The notes: generated by a model not told the origin, from the letters alone. Positions 8,339 to 18,669 are shown, counted from the first letter of the stretch. The stretch is 32,000 nt of DNA from Desulfotalea psychrophila LSv54 (GCF_000025945.1 NC_006138.1:2880001-2912000), one strand, 5' to 3'. Program-made: numbers and translations.

Positions 8339-8414
8339 TGGTGGGCGACACAGGGCTTGAACCTGTGACCCTCGGCTTGTAAGGCCGATGCTCTCCCAGC
8401 TGAGCTAGTCGCCC
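8339..8414 (-). tRNA. tRNA-Val (anticodon TAC), copy 1
   Basis: The reverse complement folds as GGGCGAC TA GCTC AGCTGGGA GAGC A TCGGC CTTACAA GCCGA GGGTC ACAGG TTCAAGC CCTGT GTCGCCC A CCA. 76 nt, with encoded CCA. Confidence 0.9.
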
Positions 8415-8434
8415 GAAACTACTAAAAAAAAGAA

Positions 8435-8511
8435 TGGCGGAGCGGACGGGGTTCGAACCCGCGACCTCCGGCGTGACAGGCCGGCATTCTAACCAGCTGA
8501 ACTACCACTCC
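8435..8511 (-). tRNA. tRNA-Asp (GTC), copy 2, D-loop variant
   Basis: Identical to copy 1 except plus-strand G at 8496, where the other copies have A. This gives D-loop AGCTGG instead of AGTTGG. Confidence 0.9.
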
Positions 8512-8566
8512 AACTACCTTTACTGCTTATTTCCCAGCCACCAATGATCGCATAGAAAATATCAAA

Positions 8567-8642
8567 TGGTGGGCGACACAGGGCTTGAACCTGTGACCCT
8601 CGGCTTGTAAGGCCGATGCTCTCCCAGCTGAGCTAGTCGCCC
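8567..8642 (-). tRNA. tRNA-Val (TAC), copy 2
   Basis: Sequence identical by eye to Val copy 1. Confidence 0.9.
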
Positions 8643-8661
8643 GAAACTACTAAAAAAAAAA

Positions 8662-8738
8662 TGGCGGAGCGGACGGGGTTCGAACCCGCGACCTCCGGCG
8701 TGACAGGCCGGCATTCTAACCAACTGAACTACCACTCC
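8662..8738 (-). tRNA. tRNA-Asp (GTC), copy 3
   Basis: Sequence identical by eye to Asp copy 1. Confidence 0.9.
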
Positions 8739-8793
8739 AACTACCTTTACTGCTTATTTCCCAGCCACCAATGATCGCATAGAAAATATCAAA

Positions 8794-8869
8794 TGGTGGG
8801 CGACACAGGGCTTGAACCTGTGACCCTCGGCTTGTAAGGCCGATGCTCTCCCAGCTGAGCTAGTCGCCC
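8794..8869 (-). tRNA. tRNA-Val (TAC), copy 3
   Basis: Sequence identical by eye to Val copy 1. Confidence 0.9.
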
Positions 8870-8887
8870 GAAACTACTAAAAAAGAA

Positions 8888-8964
8888 TGGCGGAGCGGAC
8901 GGGGTTCGAACCCGCGACCTCCGGCGTGACAGGCCGGCATTCTAACCAACTGAACTACCACTCC
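8888..8964 (-). tRNA. tRNA-Asp (GTC), copy 4
   Basis: Sequence identical by eye to Asp copy 1. Confidence 0.9.
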
Positions 8965-9019
8965 AACTACCTTTACTGCTTATTTCCCAGCCACCAATGA
9001 TCGCATAGAAAATATCAAA

Positions 9020-9095
9020 TGGTGGGCGACACAGGGCTTGAACCTGTGACCCTCGGCTTGTAAGGCCGATGCTCTCCCAGCTGAGCTAGTCGCCC
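9020..9095 (-). tRNA. tRNA-Val (TAC), copy 4
   Basis: Sequence identical by eye to Val copy 1. Confidence 0.9.
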
Positions 9096-9114
9096 GAAAC
9101 TACTAAAAAAAGAA

Positions 9115-9191
9115 TGGCGGAGCGGACGGGGTTCGAACCCGCGACCTCCGGCGTGACAGGCCGGCATTCTAACCAACTGAACTACCACTCC
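9115..9191 (-). tRNA. tRNA-Asp (GTC), copy 5
   Basis: Sequence identical by eye to Asp copy 1. Confidence 0.9.
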
Positions 9192-9246
9192 AACTACCTT
9201 TACTGCTTATTTCCCAGCCACCAATGATCGCATAGAAAATATCAAA

Positions 9247-9322
9247 TGGTGGGCGACACAGGGCTTGAACCTGTGACCCTCGGCTTGTAAGGCCGATGCT
9301 CTCCCAGCTGAGCTAGTCGCCC
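9247..9322 (-). tRNA. tRNA-Val (TAC), copy 5
   Basis: Sequence identical by eye to Val copy 1. Confidence 0.9.
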
Positions 9323-9340
9323 GAAACTACTAAAAAAGAA

Positions 9341-9417
9341 TGGCGGAGCGGACGGGGTTCGAACCCGCGACCTCCGGCGTGACAGGCCGGCATTCTAACC
9401 AACTGAACTACCACTCC
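9341..9417 (-). tRNA. tRNA-Asp (GTC), copy 6
   Basis: Sequence identical by eye to Asp copy 1. It is preceded in transcription order by a unique 59-nt spacer rather than the repeated 55-nt spacer. Confidence 0.9.
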
Positions 9418-9476
9418 AGCATTTTTCCTACTCACCATCCGCCTAAACAAACTGCTCAGAAAAATGGTTTGAATCT

Positions 9477-9552
9477 TGGTGGGCGACACAGGGCTTGAAC
9501 CTGTGACCCTCGGCTTGTAAGGCCGATGCTCTCCCAGCTGAGCTAGTCGCCC
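9477..9552 (-). tRNA. tRNA-Val (TAC), copy 6, promoter-proximal
   Basis: Sequence identical by eye to Val copy 1. First gene of the array. Confidence 0.9.
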
Positions 9553-9569
9553 CCTCGTAAGGTGAGGAG

Positions 9570-9598
9570 TATTTACCAATTTCCCTCTTTCCCGTCAA
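9570..9598 (-). promoter_or_regulatory. Candidate sigma70 promoter of the tRNA array
   Basis: The minus strand reads TTGACG (plus 9593-9598), a 17-nt spacer, then TAAATA (plus 9570-9575). This places the -10 element 17 nt upstream of the mature 5' end of Val copy 6. Confidence 0.5.
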
Positions 9599-9661
9599 GA
9601 GAAATTGTTCATTCTTTTTCAATTTACCGTCTCTTTTTTTCCTTTTCCGCAGAACTACGCC

Positions 9662-11986
9662 CTATTTATTTTTCCCTTTGGAAAGAAGTGCTTGCTCCAA
9701 TACCTGATCCATATGAGAAACGAGTTTAATATCGAGAGCATTTTTAATTTTTGCCGGGACATCTTTTAGATCACGACCATTCTCTTCGGGCAGTAAGACC
9801 TTGGTTATATTTCCACGCTTGGCGGCGAGCAACTTCTCGGTCAGGCCACCAATGGGTAACACTCGACCACGGAGCGTTATTTCACCGGTCATGGCAAGCT
9901 CGTGCCGTATTGGACGTCCAGTAAGGGCTGAGGCCAGGGTCGTTGCTATGGTAATACCAGCCGAAGGCCCATCTTTTGGAATAGCACCCTCCGGAACATG
10001 GACATGGATATCAACCTTTTCATAAAAATCAGGTTCAAGCTTAAGCTCTTTCGCTCGGCTACGAATATAACTATAGGCTGCCTGTGCTGATTCCTGCATG
10101 ACATCACCAAGTTGCCCGGTAAGAGTCAACTTCCCCTTCCCCGGCATCAGAATGACCTCTATCTGCAACAGAACACCACCCACCTGAGTCCAGGCAAGGC
10201 CTGTTGCCAAACCCACCTCATCACGTTCTTCGGCAAGACCATAACGATACTTGGGGGTACCGAGATATGTGGGTACCGACTTTTCACCAATTCGATATTT
10301 TTTACTCTTCTTGCCCTTCTGCAGGCGATCCCTGGCCACCTTTCGACAAAGAGAGGCCAATACTCGTTCAAGCCCCCTCACCCCTGCCTCACGGGTATAA
10401 TGACGAACAACGGTGAGCATAGCGCCCGGGCTCAAAAAGATATCATCCTTTTGAAAGCCATTGGCCTTAAGCTGTTTGGGCAACAGATATTTCTCTGCAA
10501 TAACCTGCTTATCCTCCTCAGTATAACCACTGAGTTGAATAATCTCCATCCGATCCTGCAGGGGAATGGGAATTCCCTCCAGACTGTTGGCTGTGGTGAT
10601 AAAAAACACCTGAGAGAGGTCATAGTCGAGGTCAAGGTAATGATCATTAAAGGACGAATTTTGTTCTGGGTCCAATACCTCAAGCAGGGCAGCGGCAGGG
10701 TCACCACGAAAATCCGTCGACATTTTATCGATCTCATCGAGGCAAAAAACGGGATTTGCCACCCCAACCTTTTGCATGGCCCGCAGTACCTTTCCAGCCA
10801 TGGCACCAACATAGGTACGACGATGCCCTCGGATCTCAGCCTCATCCCGCAGCCCTCCCAATGAGAGTCGAGCAAATTCCCGGCCCATCGACTTGGCAAT
10901 TGACTGACAAATGGAAGTTTTTCCTACGCCTGGAGGGCCCACAAAACAGAGGATTGGCCCCTTGAGCTTAGCCACCTGCGACTGCACAGCCAGAAACTCC
11001 AGAATCCGTTCTTTGGGCTTTTCCAGACCATAATGATCCTTATTAAGAATCCCCTCGGCCTTAAGAACATTAAGCTGGCCCTTACTTCTTTTTTTCCAGG
11101 GAAGTCCGAGAATGGTATCGATATAGCTACGCACCACGGTTGTTTCCGCTGACATCGCAGGCATTCCACGCAACTTTTTCAGCTCTTTCTGGACCCTTGC
11201 CCGCGCATATGCCGGCATTTTTTTGGCCTTGATAATATTTTCAAGCTCTGTCATCTCATCAACGCCATCTTCGCCCTGACCTATCTCTTTTTGCATCTCA
11301 CGAATTTTTTCGCCAAGATAGTAATCACGCTGGGCCCTACTGAGCTTCTGCTTTACCTTTATATTAATTTTCCGCTCTACTTCAGCAAGCTGTAATTCTC
11401 GAAATAAAATTTCCAGTAACAGCTCTATACGCCCGCCAAGAGTCTCTACCTCCAAGACCTCCTGCTTTTCTTTACTGGAAAGTGGCAGATGCGAACAGAT
11501 AACGTTGGCAAGCTTAACCGGGTCTTCAATGGAAGAGCAAGAGACAACCACCTCCTCTCCTATCTTTTTACCCAGATGAGCAAACTGCTGAAAGGCCTTG
11601 CGCAACTCACGCTCATAGGCGATCAACTCATCTTGTCCCGGCAGGACTTCGGTGCACTCCTCTACCTCCACCTGCATAAATTCCTCATGAGGCACACGAG
11701 AAACAATACGGGCACGACGTTGCCCCTCCACCAGGGCCTTAATGGTTCCATCGGGCAGACGAAGTAACTGCATTACTGTAGAAAGAGTCCCACATTGATA
11801 TATTTCACCTTCATTGGGGTCTTCACATGTTGGCTCAAGTTGGGTTACGAGAAAAATTTCCGTTTTTTTCTCCATCGCATCTTCCAAGGCACGGATAGAT
11901 TTCTCACGCCCCACCACCAGGGGGGCAACCATATGAGGAAAAATCACAATATCTCGAAGTGGCATAAGCGGGTAAATCTTTGTCAC
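9662..11986 (-). CDS. lon: ATP-dependent protease La (Lon)
   Basis: 774 aa with a LON N-domain ([26 protein letters not shown]), Walker [10 protein letters not shown], and a protease domain with [11 protein letters not shown] (catalytic Ser) and [15 protein letters not shown]. The start codon is GTG (plus CAC, 11984-11986), preceded by AGGAG. Confidence 0.95.
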   Translation of the reverse strand: MTKIYPLMPLRDIVIFPHMVAPLVVGREKSIRALEDAMEKKTEIFLVTQLEPTCEDPNEGEIYQCGTLSTVMQLLRLPDGTIKALVEGQRRARIVSRVPHEEFMQVEVEECTEVLPGQDELIAYERELRKAFQQFAHLGKKIGEEVVVSCSSIEDPVKLANVICSHLPLSSKEKQEVLEVETLGGRIELLLEILFRELQLAEVERKINIKVKQKLSRAQRDYYLGEKIREMQKEIGQGEDGVDEMTELENIIKAKKMPAYARARVQKELKKLRGMPAMSAETTVVRSYIDTILGLPWKKRSKGQLNVLKAEGILNKDHYGLEKPKERILEFLAVQSQVAKLKGPILCFVGPPGVGKTSICQSIAKSMGREFARLSLGGLRDEAEIRGHRRTYVGAMAGKVLRAMQKVGVANPVFCLDEIDKMSTDFRGDPAAALLEVLDPEQNSSFNDHYLDLDYDLSQVFFITTANSLEGIPIPLQDRMEIIQLSGYTEEDKQVIAEKYLLPKQLKANGFQKDDIFLSPGAMLTVVRHYTREAGVRGLERVLASLCRKVARDRLQKGKKSKKYRIGEKSVPTYLGTPKYRYGLAEERDEVGLATGLAWTQVGGVLLQIEVILMPGKGKLTLTGQLGDVMQESAQAAYSYIRSRAKELKLEPDFYEKVDIHVHVPEGAIPKDGPSAGITIATTLASALTGRPIRHELAMTGEITLRGRVLPIGGLTEKLLAAKRGNITKVLLPEENGRDLKDVPAKIKNALDIKLVSHMDQVLEQALLSKGKNK

Positions 11987-12137
11987 AGGATCTCCTTATG
12001 TATAAAAAGCAAACTCTAATATTTTGTCATTACTCTTAATTTTATTATAGAAAAAGCATTCCTTTGACTATACAGAAAAGAATGAACTAACACAAAATCA
12101 ATTTCACATCAGGCACAATAAGACAAATAGCACATGC

Positions 12138-12177
12138 AAAAAAAAACCTCTTTGTCAAAAAATGACAAAGAGGTTTT
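12138..12177 (-). terminator. Rho-independent terminator downstream of clpX
   Basis: AACCTCTTTGTCA (12145-12157) pairs with TGACAAAGAGGTT (12163-12175), with a 5-nt loop. On the minus strand a U-run follows (plus-strand A-run from 12138). Confidence 0.75.
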
Positions 12178-12225
12178 CACCAACCACCAGACAGGGGTTG
12201 AAAAGACAACAGACGAACAAAATAT

Positions 12226-13485
12226 TTATGTAAGGCTCTTCTCTTCTTCCCCATAAAGAAGCACAGGATACTCCCCATCGGTAATAACCTGCTCGTTGAC
12301 AATACATTCCTGAACGTTCGAAAGTGATGGAATATCATACATAATATCCAACATTGCCTCTTCCAGAACAGAACGTAAGCCACGGGCCCCGGATTTACGG
12401 GCAATAGCCTTCTTAGCAACTGCCGCCAGAGAACCCTCGGTAAAGGTCAGCTTCACCCCTTCAAACTGAAACAGCTTTTCAAATTGACGGGTCAATGCAT
12501 TCTTTGGCTCGCGTAGAATGCGAACAAGGTCGTCCTCACTGAGTTCACGCAGGGAGGCAATAACCGGTAAACGACCAACCAACTCAGGAATAAGTCCAAA
12601 TTTGAGTAAATCTTCCGGACGAACAGCCTCAAGCAACTCACTCTCGGATCGTTTGTCTGCACTCAGATCAGCACTGAAGCCGATGGATTTCTTCCCTGCC
12701 CGCCTCTTCACCACCCGACCAAGGCCCACAAAGGCCCCGCCACAGATAAAAAGAATATTGGTGGTATCAATCTTCACAAGTTCCTGCTGCGGATGTTTAC
12801 GGCCACCCTTTGGCGGAACAGAGGCGACTGTACCCTCAATAATTTTCAGCAGGGCCTGCTGAACACCTTCACCGGAAACATCCCTGGTAAGAGAGGCACT
12901 GTCAGACTTTCTGGCAATTTTATCAATTTCATCAATATAGATAATGCCTCGCTGGGCCTTTTCGACATCGTAATCGGCAGCCTGGAGAAGACTGACTAAA
13001 ATATTCTCAACATCATCACCTACATAACCTGCCTCGGTAAGGGTCGTTGCATCGGCCACCGAAAAGGGCACATTGAGAATTTTTGCCAGAGTCTGAGCCA
13101 CCAGGGTCTTACCCGAGCCGGTGGGTCCCAACAGGATGATATTAGATTTTTGCAACTCAACAGAATCATCCAGCAACTCAACAGGAGCATCAATACGTTT
13201 GTAGTGATTATGAACGGCAACGGCAAGGACCTTCTTGGCATAGGCCTGACCAATAACATAATCATCAAGATGAGCCTTCACGTCCTTAGGAACAAGACCC
13301 GGCAAAACCTCCTGGCCATCATCTTTGCTACCCACAATATCTTCCTGAACAATTTCATTGCACAGTTCAATACATTCATTACAGATAAAGACATCGGGAC
13401 CTGCAATCAGCTTATCAACCTCTTCCTGCGATCTTCCGCAAAAAGAACAGCTGTTTTCCATATCATTTTTTCCTATCTCATCCAT
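12226..13485 (-). CDS. clpX: ATP-dependent Clp protease ATP-binding subunit ClpX
   Basis: 419 aa with the N-terminal zinc-binding motif [11 protein letters not shown]...[10 protein letters not shown], Walker A GPTGSGKT, Walker [10 protein letters not shown] and sensor GARGLRS. Confidence 0.95.
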   Translation of the reverse strand: MDEIGKNDMENSCSFCGRSQEEVDKLIAGPDVFICNECIELCNEIVQEDIVGSKDDGQEVLPGLVPKDVKAHLDDYVIGQAYAKKVLAVAVHNHYKRIDAPVELLDDSVELQKSNIILLGPTGSGKTLVAQTLAKILNVPFSVADATTLTEAGYVGDDVENILVSLLQAADYDVEKAQRGIIYIDEIDKIARKSDSASLTRDVSGEGVQQALLKIIEGTVASVPPKGGRKHPQQELVKIDTTNILFICGGAFVGLGRVVKRRAGKKSIGFSADLSADKRSESELLEAVRPEDLLKFGLIPELVGRLPVIASLRELSEDDLVRILREPKNALTRQFEKLFQFEGVKLTFTEGSLAAVAKKAIARKSGARGLRSVLEEAMLDIMYDIPSLSNVQECIVNEQVITDGEYPVLLYGEEEKSLT

Positions 13486-14089
13486 TATCAGCCGCCCCTT
13501 CGACGTCCTCTCTTTTTACAAGAACCTCATCAATAAGGCCATATTTCTGCGCCTCCACTGAACTCATAAAGTTATCACGTTCAGTATCGGACTCAATTTT
13601 TTTCAAAGTTTTACCGGTATGATGGGCAAGAATATTGTTCAGATCCTTACGAATACGCAGTATCTCTTTGGTATGAATCTCTATATCCGTTGCCTGCCCC
13701 TGAAAGCCGCCCAGTGGCTGATGAATCATTATACGAGAATTTGGAAGAGCGTAACGTTTTCCCGCAGTTCCGGCAGCAAGAAGCACCGCTCCCATGGACG
13801 CAGCCTGCCCCATACACAGGGTTGCAATATCACATTTAATATATTGCATGGTGTCGTAAATGGCCATGCCTGCGGTAACAGATCCACCCGGAGAGTTAAT
13901 ATAAAAGGTGATATCTTTTTCTGGATCTTCTGCTTCTAAAAAGAGTAATTGGGCTACAATGACATTGGCAACATCGTCATTCACCCCGGAACCAAGAAAA
14001 ATAATCCTCTCTTTTAAGAGACGGGAGTAGATATCATAAGATCTCTCTCCACGAGGGGTTTGCTCGACAACCATTGGTATCAAATTCAT
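13478..14089 (-). CDS. clpP: ATP-dependent Clp protease proteolytic subunit ClpP
   Basis: The track ORF extends to 14119. I prefer the ATG at 14089 ([25 protein letters not shown]), which matches canonical ClpP N-termini and is preceded by AGGAGTG. Catalytic-region GQAASMG is present. It overlaps the clpX start by 8 nt. Confidence 0.9.
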   Translation of the reverse strand: MNLIPMVVEQTPRGERSYDIYSRLLKERIIFLGSGVNDDVANVIVAQLLFLEAEDPEKDITFYINSPGGSVTAGMAIYDTMQYIKCDIATLCMGQAASMGAVLLAAGTAGKRYALPNSRIMIHQPLGGFQGQATDIEIHTKEILRIRKDLNNILAHHTGKTLKKIESDTERDNFMSSVEAQKYGLIDEVLVKREDVEGAADNG

Positions 14090-14208
14090 AATAACACTCC
14101 TAAAACAGGTCGACTGCAAGCAGCATTATATACCGGTTGCAGTCGAAAGTAGAATGCGGATCTCTCAGAGGACATCCGCAAAAGAGAACAGGGGAAAAAT
14201 GCTCGCTA

Positions 14209-15549
14209 CTACTCGCTCGCACCCTCTTTCTGTACGTCAGTGGCTTCTACCGCTTTCTCTTCAACCATTACTGCTTCACTGCGCAAGAAAGCAAGAATCT
14301 TCTCGTTGAGCAACTCATTCATGAATGGGAGGAGATCATCACGGCTTTGGAAGAACTCTTTAACCTGAGCAACAGTCATATTGTACATATCGCCAATACG
14401 CTTGAAGCCTCGGTCCATATCTTCGTCAGCAACCTTAATGTCTTCTACCTCTGCAATTTTCTTCAAAAGAAAATCGCCACGGACACGTTGAGCTGCAACC
14501 TCAACATTTTCCTCGACAAGTTTTTCCTTAGAAAGGCCAGCTGCCTCAAGGGTCAAACCGCTTTGCTGAAGCTGTTGCTCGGTCTGCTTGATCATTTGCT
14601 CACTTTCGTGTGCTACCAAACGAGTTGGTACTTCAAATTCGTAACCTTCAAGAAGTTTTTGCATAAGGCGATCGCTGATAACACCCTCAGCGCTCTCTTC
14701 AAGTTTCTTGATACGACGGGCACGAATAGATGCCTTAAGCTCATCCATGCTGTTGAACTCTTCGCCTGCATCTTTTGCAAATTCATCATCAAGGTCGGCA
14801 AGAATGCGTTCTTTAACATCCTTTACGCTCAATTTAAAATCAATGGTCTTACCCTTGATGATAACATTTGGATGGTTCTCAGGGAAGGTGATCTGGTGAT
14901 CGGCAACTTCGCCCTTAGACATACCAACAAGCTTTGCCTCGAAATCTTTACCCATGCTACCAGCGCCAAGATCAACCTGATGATCGTCACTCTTTACCTG
15001 AGCAAGAGCCTCACCATTCTCGAATCCTTGGAAGTCAACGGTAACCATATCGCCATCTACTGCCGGACGGTCAACAACATGAAGAGCAGCTGCCTTCTTT
15101 TGCATTTCAGCAATTTCTGCATCAATATCTTCGTCTGCTACAGCTACAGCCGGCTTTTCAATTTCAAGTCCCTTGTAGTTGCCAAGCTCAAAGTCTGGAC
15201 GAACATCAACATGGGCTTCGAAGGTAAAAGAACCGTCTTCGTTGTATTTAACTACCTGAATTTCAGGATGTGTTACAGGATCAAGACCCTCTTTTTCAAC
15301 AGCATTAAAGTAGTTCTCTTGTACCAGTTTCTCGCTAAGCTCTGCCTCTACCTGATCCTTGTAGTTTTTTACAATGATAGCGCTAGGCACCTTGCCACGA
15401 CGAAAACCTTTAATTTTTACTTCTTTTTTCAGCTTATTGTAAGCTGCTTCAATCTTAGGCTGTACGTCCCCTGCGGGTAGAGTTACAATAACCTTCCGAG
15501 TAAGCTTACTTACTTCTTCTACTTTTATGTCCATCAAATCCATCCTCAT
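14209..15549 (-). CDS. tig: Trigger factor (ribosome-associated peptidyl-prolyl isomerase/chaperone)
   Basis: 446 aa with the ribosome-binding signature GFRRGKVP, an FKBP-type middle domain and an acidic C-terminal domain. It sits upstream of clpP-clpX-lon, as in many bacteria. The true start may be the third ATG at 15534 (MDIKVEEV), which lies 8 nt after GAGGA. Confidence 0.9.
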   Translation of the reverse strand: MRMDLMDIKVEEVSKLTRKVIVTLPAGDVQPKIEAAYNKLKKEVKIKGFRRGKVPSAIIVKNYKDQVEAELSEKLVQENYFNAVEKEGLDPVTHPEIQVVKYNEDGSFTFEAHVDVRPDFELGNYKGLEIEKPAVAVADEDIDAEIAEMQKKAAALHVVDRPAVDGDMVTVDFQGFENGEALAQVKSDDHQVDLGAGSMGKDFEAKLVGMSKGEVADHQITFPENHPNVIIKGKTIDFKLSVKDVKERILADLDDEFAKDAGEEFNSMDELKASIRARRIKKLEESAEGVISDRLMQKLLEGYEFEVPTRLVAHESEQMIKQTEQQLQQSGLTLEAAGLSKEKLVEENVEVAAQRVRGDFLLKKIAEVEDIKVADEDMDRGFKRIGDMYNMTVAQVKEFFQSRDDLLPFMNELLNEKILAFLRSEAVMVEEKAVEATDVQKEGASE

Positions 15550-15891
15550 TCGAATTAATTATCTATTATATCCATCGCAATGCCAACAATAATTCAAGAA
15601 AAACCATTATGTTACGATGAAAAGTATTATATTATCAACAGAAAATGCCTTGGGCACAATTCCTGTATCAAAACATGCTCTACTCCAGACAACATGGCAC
15701 TATAACCAATAATAATCGGGAGTCAATTTAAAATTACCGGACTTGTCACTAATTTACGGCCTATAATTCTTTTTATAAAAACCGATCCTATAGCAGATAG
15801 GCTCCGAGGCAATGTCGCCACCCAAAAAGCTCTTCCCTGAACCTTTAATAGAGCTCATCATGCGGCAAGGCCCAAAGGACTTTACCTGCAA

Positions 15892-17274
15892 TTACAAACC
15901 AAGAAAAAGTTTTGCAATAAAGAAATAAGAGACAACACCCAGTAAATCGATTGAGGTGGTAACAAATGGGCCAGTTGCAACGGCGGCATCAACATCAAAT
16001 CGCTTTAATATCAATGGAATCAGCGTACCAAGCGTAGCCGCCATCACCATAGAAATAAAAACCGACAGGCCCACCACTACTCCGAGAAGGGCCGTATCCG
16101 AGTAACCCAAAAAGGCAACAATGCCAACAAAGACACCGTAGGCCAGACCAAGGATAAGCCCCACCTGCATCTCCCGAAAAACCAGTTTATAGGCCTCACT
16201 CATATTTACTCGACCCGTTGCTATTCCCCGAACCACGATGGTGGATGACTGGGTCGCAATATTTCCACCCATACCAGTAACCACAGGAATAAAGGCGGCC
16301 AGGGCAATAAGATGAGAAAGTTCTTCACTAAAGCCTGCAATAATAAAACTCGAGACAACACCACCAATCCACGAGGCAAAGAGCCATGGTGCCCGGATCA
16401 TTGCATTTTCTTTGGTGGACTTAAGAAGTATATCCCGGTCCTTACCAACACCTGCCATCTGCAAGAAGTCTTCCGTTGCCTCTTCGCGAATAACATCGAT
16501 AATATCATCGACGGTAACAATACCGACAAGATTGTAGTTCGTATCAACCACCGGTACTGCAAGAATATTATACTGCGAAACAACGTGGGCAACCTCTCCC
16601 TGATCTGTGTCGGTATTAACACTGATCACATGAGGATTCATAATATTTTCGAGCAGTTCGTCCGAAGGGTGCATCAGAAGTTCACGCAGGGAAAGAACTC
16701 CTGAGAGATGGGTCTCACCGTGGGTAATATAGAGATAAAAAACCATCTCTTTTTCCTGACTACGCTTTTGAATACTGTTGATCGCATCGCCCACGGTCAA
16801 CTCTTCATCAAGACACATAAAATCCGGGGACATCAAGCCACCGGCACTCTCCGGGTGATACTGCAAAAGCTCTTCTACCTCTTCACGGTCCTTCTTCGCC
16901 ATATGCTCACGGATGGAGCTGGCAAGTTCTTCAGGCAATATCTCAAGCAAATCAACGGCATCATCTGAAGCCATTTTAGAAATAACATTAGCAACATACT
17001 GTGCCTCCAAGCCTGTTACCAATTCCACCACCAGAGTATCATCCAGTTCACTGAGGAATTCACCTACATAGTCTGTATGGACAATAATATCAAAAACGGC
17101 TGTCCGCTCATCTTCTTTTAAATGGCGAAATACCCAGGCCATATCAGCCGGGTGAGTTTTAGAAATAAGTTTCAGCAAGTGCCCACTCGCACCTCTCCGT
17201 TTGAGGCGACGAATCATATCAAGGATAACCTTGCCTTCATTTCCTACTAACTCACGTTTTTTATTTGCATCCAT
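15892..17274 (-). CDS. mgtE: Magnesium transporter MgtE
   Basis: 460 aa with an MgtE N-domain, a tandem CBS pair and a C-terminal 5-TM channel domain (GGNIATQSS, PFVTTSIDLLG). Confidence 0.9.
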   Translation of the reverse strand: MDANKKRELVGNEGKVILDMIRRLKRRGASGHLLKLISKTHPADMAWVFRHLKEDERTAVFDIIVHTDYVGEFLSELDDTLVVELVTGLEAQYVANVISKMASDDAVDLLEILPEELASSIREHMAKKDREEVEELLQYHPESAGGLMSPDFMCLDEELTVGDAINSIQKRSQEKEMVFYLYITHGETHLSGVLSLRELLMHPSDELLENIMNPHVISVNTDTDQGEVAHVVSQYNILAVPVVDTNYNLVGIVTVDDIIDVIREEATEDFLQMAGVGKDRDILLKSTKENAMIRAPWLFASWIGGVVSSFIIAGFSEELSHLIALAAFIPVVTGMGGNIATQSSTIVVRGIATGRVNMSEAYKLVFREMQVGLILGLAYGVFVGIVAFLGYSDTALLGVVVGLSVFISMVMAATLGTLIPLILKRFDVDAAVATGPFVTTSIDLLGVVSYFFIAKLFLGL

Positions 17275-17444
17275 AACTTCACCACACGAGATTAATATTT
17301 ATTTTACTTTTTTGTTCCTACAAGTATATTGGGCAAAACCGTTTAAGATACCTCCTATCATGGTAGAAAAGCAAATTCATTTTTATTAACCTCGCATAAA
17401 ATTAATTTTTGTGCTTTACGACAAAACCATAAACACAACGAATC

Positions 17445-18665
17445 ATGCCTGTATCAAATCTCAGCGAAGAACAAATTAAGGAAAAATTCACCAAGGCCTG
17501 CGACTGTCACCAGCAAGGACTTGAGCAAGAAGCCCTTCAACTCTACAACGAGCTTCTTCTCTCTTTCCCTAAGGCCTTTTTACTCAACTATAACATCGGC
17601 CTCCTCTATTATGAAATAAACGATTTCTCTCAAGCCAAAAAACACTACCTTATCGCCCAACAAGAGTACCCAAACAGCCATGATTTACTCTATAACCTTG
17701 GCCTCTGCCAGAAAAAATCAGGTGAGATTGAAGAGGCAAAAAAATCATTCTTGGAAGCACTGCAGTGTGAAGGGGACGATATCGACTGCCTCTACAATCT
17801 GGCAGGTTGTTATCGCGAAACAGAAGAGCTTGAACATGCAAAACTCTGTTATGAAGCAGTTCTGTCCAGGGACAAGAATTACCTTCCAGCCCTGAGCAAC
17901 CTGGCCTACACCTGCCAAAGAATGGGAGACAAAAAAGAGGCTCTTGGTTACTACCAACGGGTTCTCGAAATCGAACCCCAGCATCAGGGCGCCCTGCATA
18001 TGGTCGCCACCATTACAGGGGTGCATTTCAACCATACATCAAGCCAATACGTCGAAGAGTTATTTGATAATTATGCCGAAAGCTTTGATGAATCCCTCAT
18101 TGAAAAACTTCACTACCAGGTACCACAACTGATCAAGAGGGAACTTCTGGAGGTTGTGCCCGAAACAACAAAGTTCAACCATCTCCTTGATATTGGGTGT
18201 GGGACAGGACTTACCGGACTGGTTCTGAAAGATATGGCCAGGGCAATGACGGGGGTTGACCTCTCCCACAAAATGCTTGCAAAGGCCCTTGAAAAAAACA
18301 TCTACCACCATCTTATCCCGGCAGATATAGAAAAATTCGCCAGCCAGACAGATCAAGAGTACGATCTTATTGTGGCAGCAGATGTCTTCTCTTATATTGG
18401 TAATTTGCAAGAGGCCTTTGGCCAAATAGATGAGATGGCAGCACCGGGGGCCCTGCTTGTATTTTCCATGGAAAGGCACGAGAACGAAAACGAAATAGCG
18501 CCCCTACAGCTTGGGACAACGGGCAGATTTACTCATTCCCTGGAATACATCACAACCCTCGCCAGGGAGCATAAAATGACAATCCTCCGACAGACAGAGG
18601 TGACCCTGCGGGAAGAGGCGGCAAGCTCCATTCAGGGATGGTTGTTTGTATTTAAAACAGCCTAG
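17445..18665 (+). CDS. TPR-repeat protein fused to a class I SAM-dependent methyltransferase domain
   Basis: 406 aa. The N-terminal ~190 aa carry repeated TPR-like A..Y...L..P motifs. The C-terminal half carries SAM motif I, LLDIGCGTGLTG, and DLIVAADVF (post I/II). Confidence 0.8.
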   Translation: MPVSNLSEEQIKEKFTKACDCHQQGLEQEALQLYNELLLSFPKAFLLNYNIGLLYYEINDFSQAKKHYLIAQQEYPNSHDLLYNLGLCQKKSGEIEEAKKSFLEALQCEGDDIDCLYNLAGCYRETEELEHAKLCYEAVLSRDKNYLPALSNLAYTCQRMGDKKEALGYYQRVLEIEPQHQGALHMVATITGVHFNHTSSQYVEELFDNYAESFDESLIEKLHYQVPQLIKRELLEVVPETTKFNHLLDIGCGTGLTGLVLKDMARAMTGVDLSHKMLAKALEKNIYHHLIPADIEKFASQTDQEYDLIVAADVFSYIGNLQEAFGQIDEMAAPGALLVFSMERHENENEIAPLQLGTTGRFTHSLEYITTLAREHKMTILRQTEVTLREEAASSIQGWLFVFKTA

Positions 18666-18669
18666 AACC

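Larger units (their letters stand above)
8207..9417 (-). repeat. Tandem direct repeat with a 226-228 bp period: five full units of Asp, 55-nt spacer, Val and A-rich spacer, plus a sixth Asp copy
   Basis: Asp copies begin at 8207, 8435, 8662, 8888, 9115 and 9341. Unit length varies only through the A-tract in the Val-Asp spacer (8, 10, 6, 7 and 6 A residues; the G of the GAA that follows the tract is missing in the second unit). Confidence 0.9.

Noticed and set aside
7795-9552. Reading the regularly spaced repeats as a CRISPR array.
   Set aside because: The 226-228 bp units are whole tRNA genes with identical, not variable, intervening sequences. The 44-48 bp units are directly abutting with no spacers. 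No cas genes are in the window.
9313-9579. An 88-aa minus-strand ORF in the tRNA region.
   Set aside because: It reads straight through tRNA-Asp copy 6 and tRNA-Val copy 6, so the open frame is an accident of tRNA sequence.
12044-12049. A perfect TATAAT (minus strand) upstream of lon, as its promoter.
   Set aside because: No acceptable -35 lies at 16-18 nt, and I could not find a sigma32-type CTTGAAA/CCCCAT pair. It is too weak to report as a feature.
13478-14119. N-terminal extensions given by the ORF track for clpP (to 14119), fabD (to 25897) and the small Cys protein (to 19226).
   Set aside because: In each case an internal ATG has a proper SD and restores the canonical family N-terminus. 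The longer versions add non-homologous residues or overlap the upstream gene.
14137-15480. A 447-aa plus-strand ORF antisense to tig. Similar long antisense ORFs are 3666..4574, 10112..10864, 20722..21675, 22637..23458 and 26641..27612.
   Set aside because: Each lies entirely opposite a gene with unmistakable family motifs (tig, the XDH large subunit, lon, bioG/bioF, bioA, ileS). Their translations are low-complexity (L/F/N/K- or G/P/R-rich) with no recognisable motifs and no SD. They are shadow ORFs produced by the codon bias of the sense strand.
17275-17444. A possible M-box (Mg) riboswitch in the mgtE leader.
   Set aside because: The 170-bp divergent region is very AT-rich, and I cannot find the conserved GC-rich M-box helices or core words. 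The space left after a promoter is too short for the roughly 160-nt aptamer.
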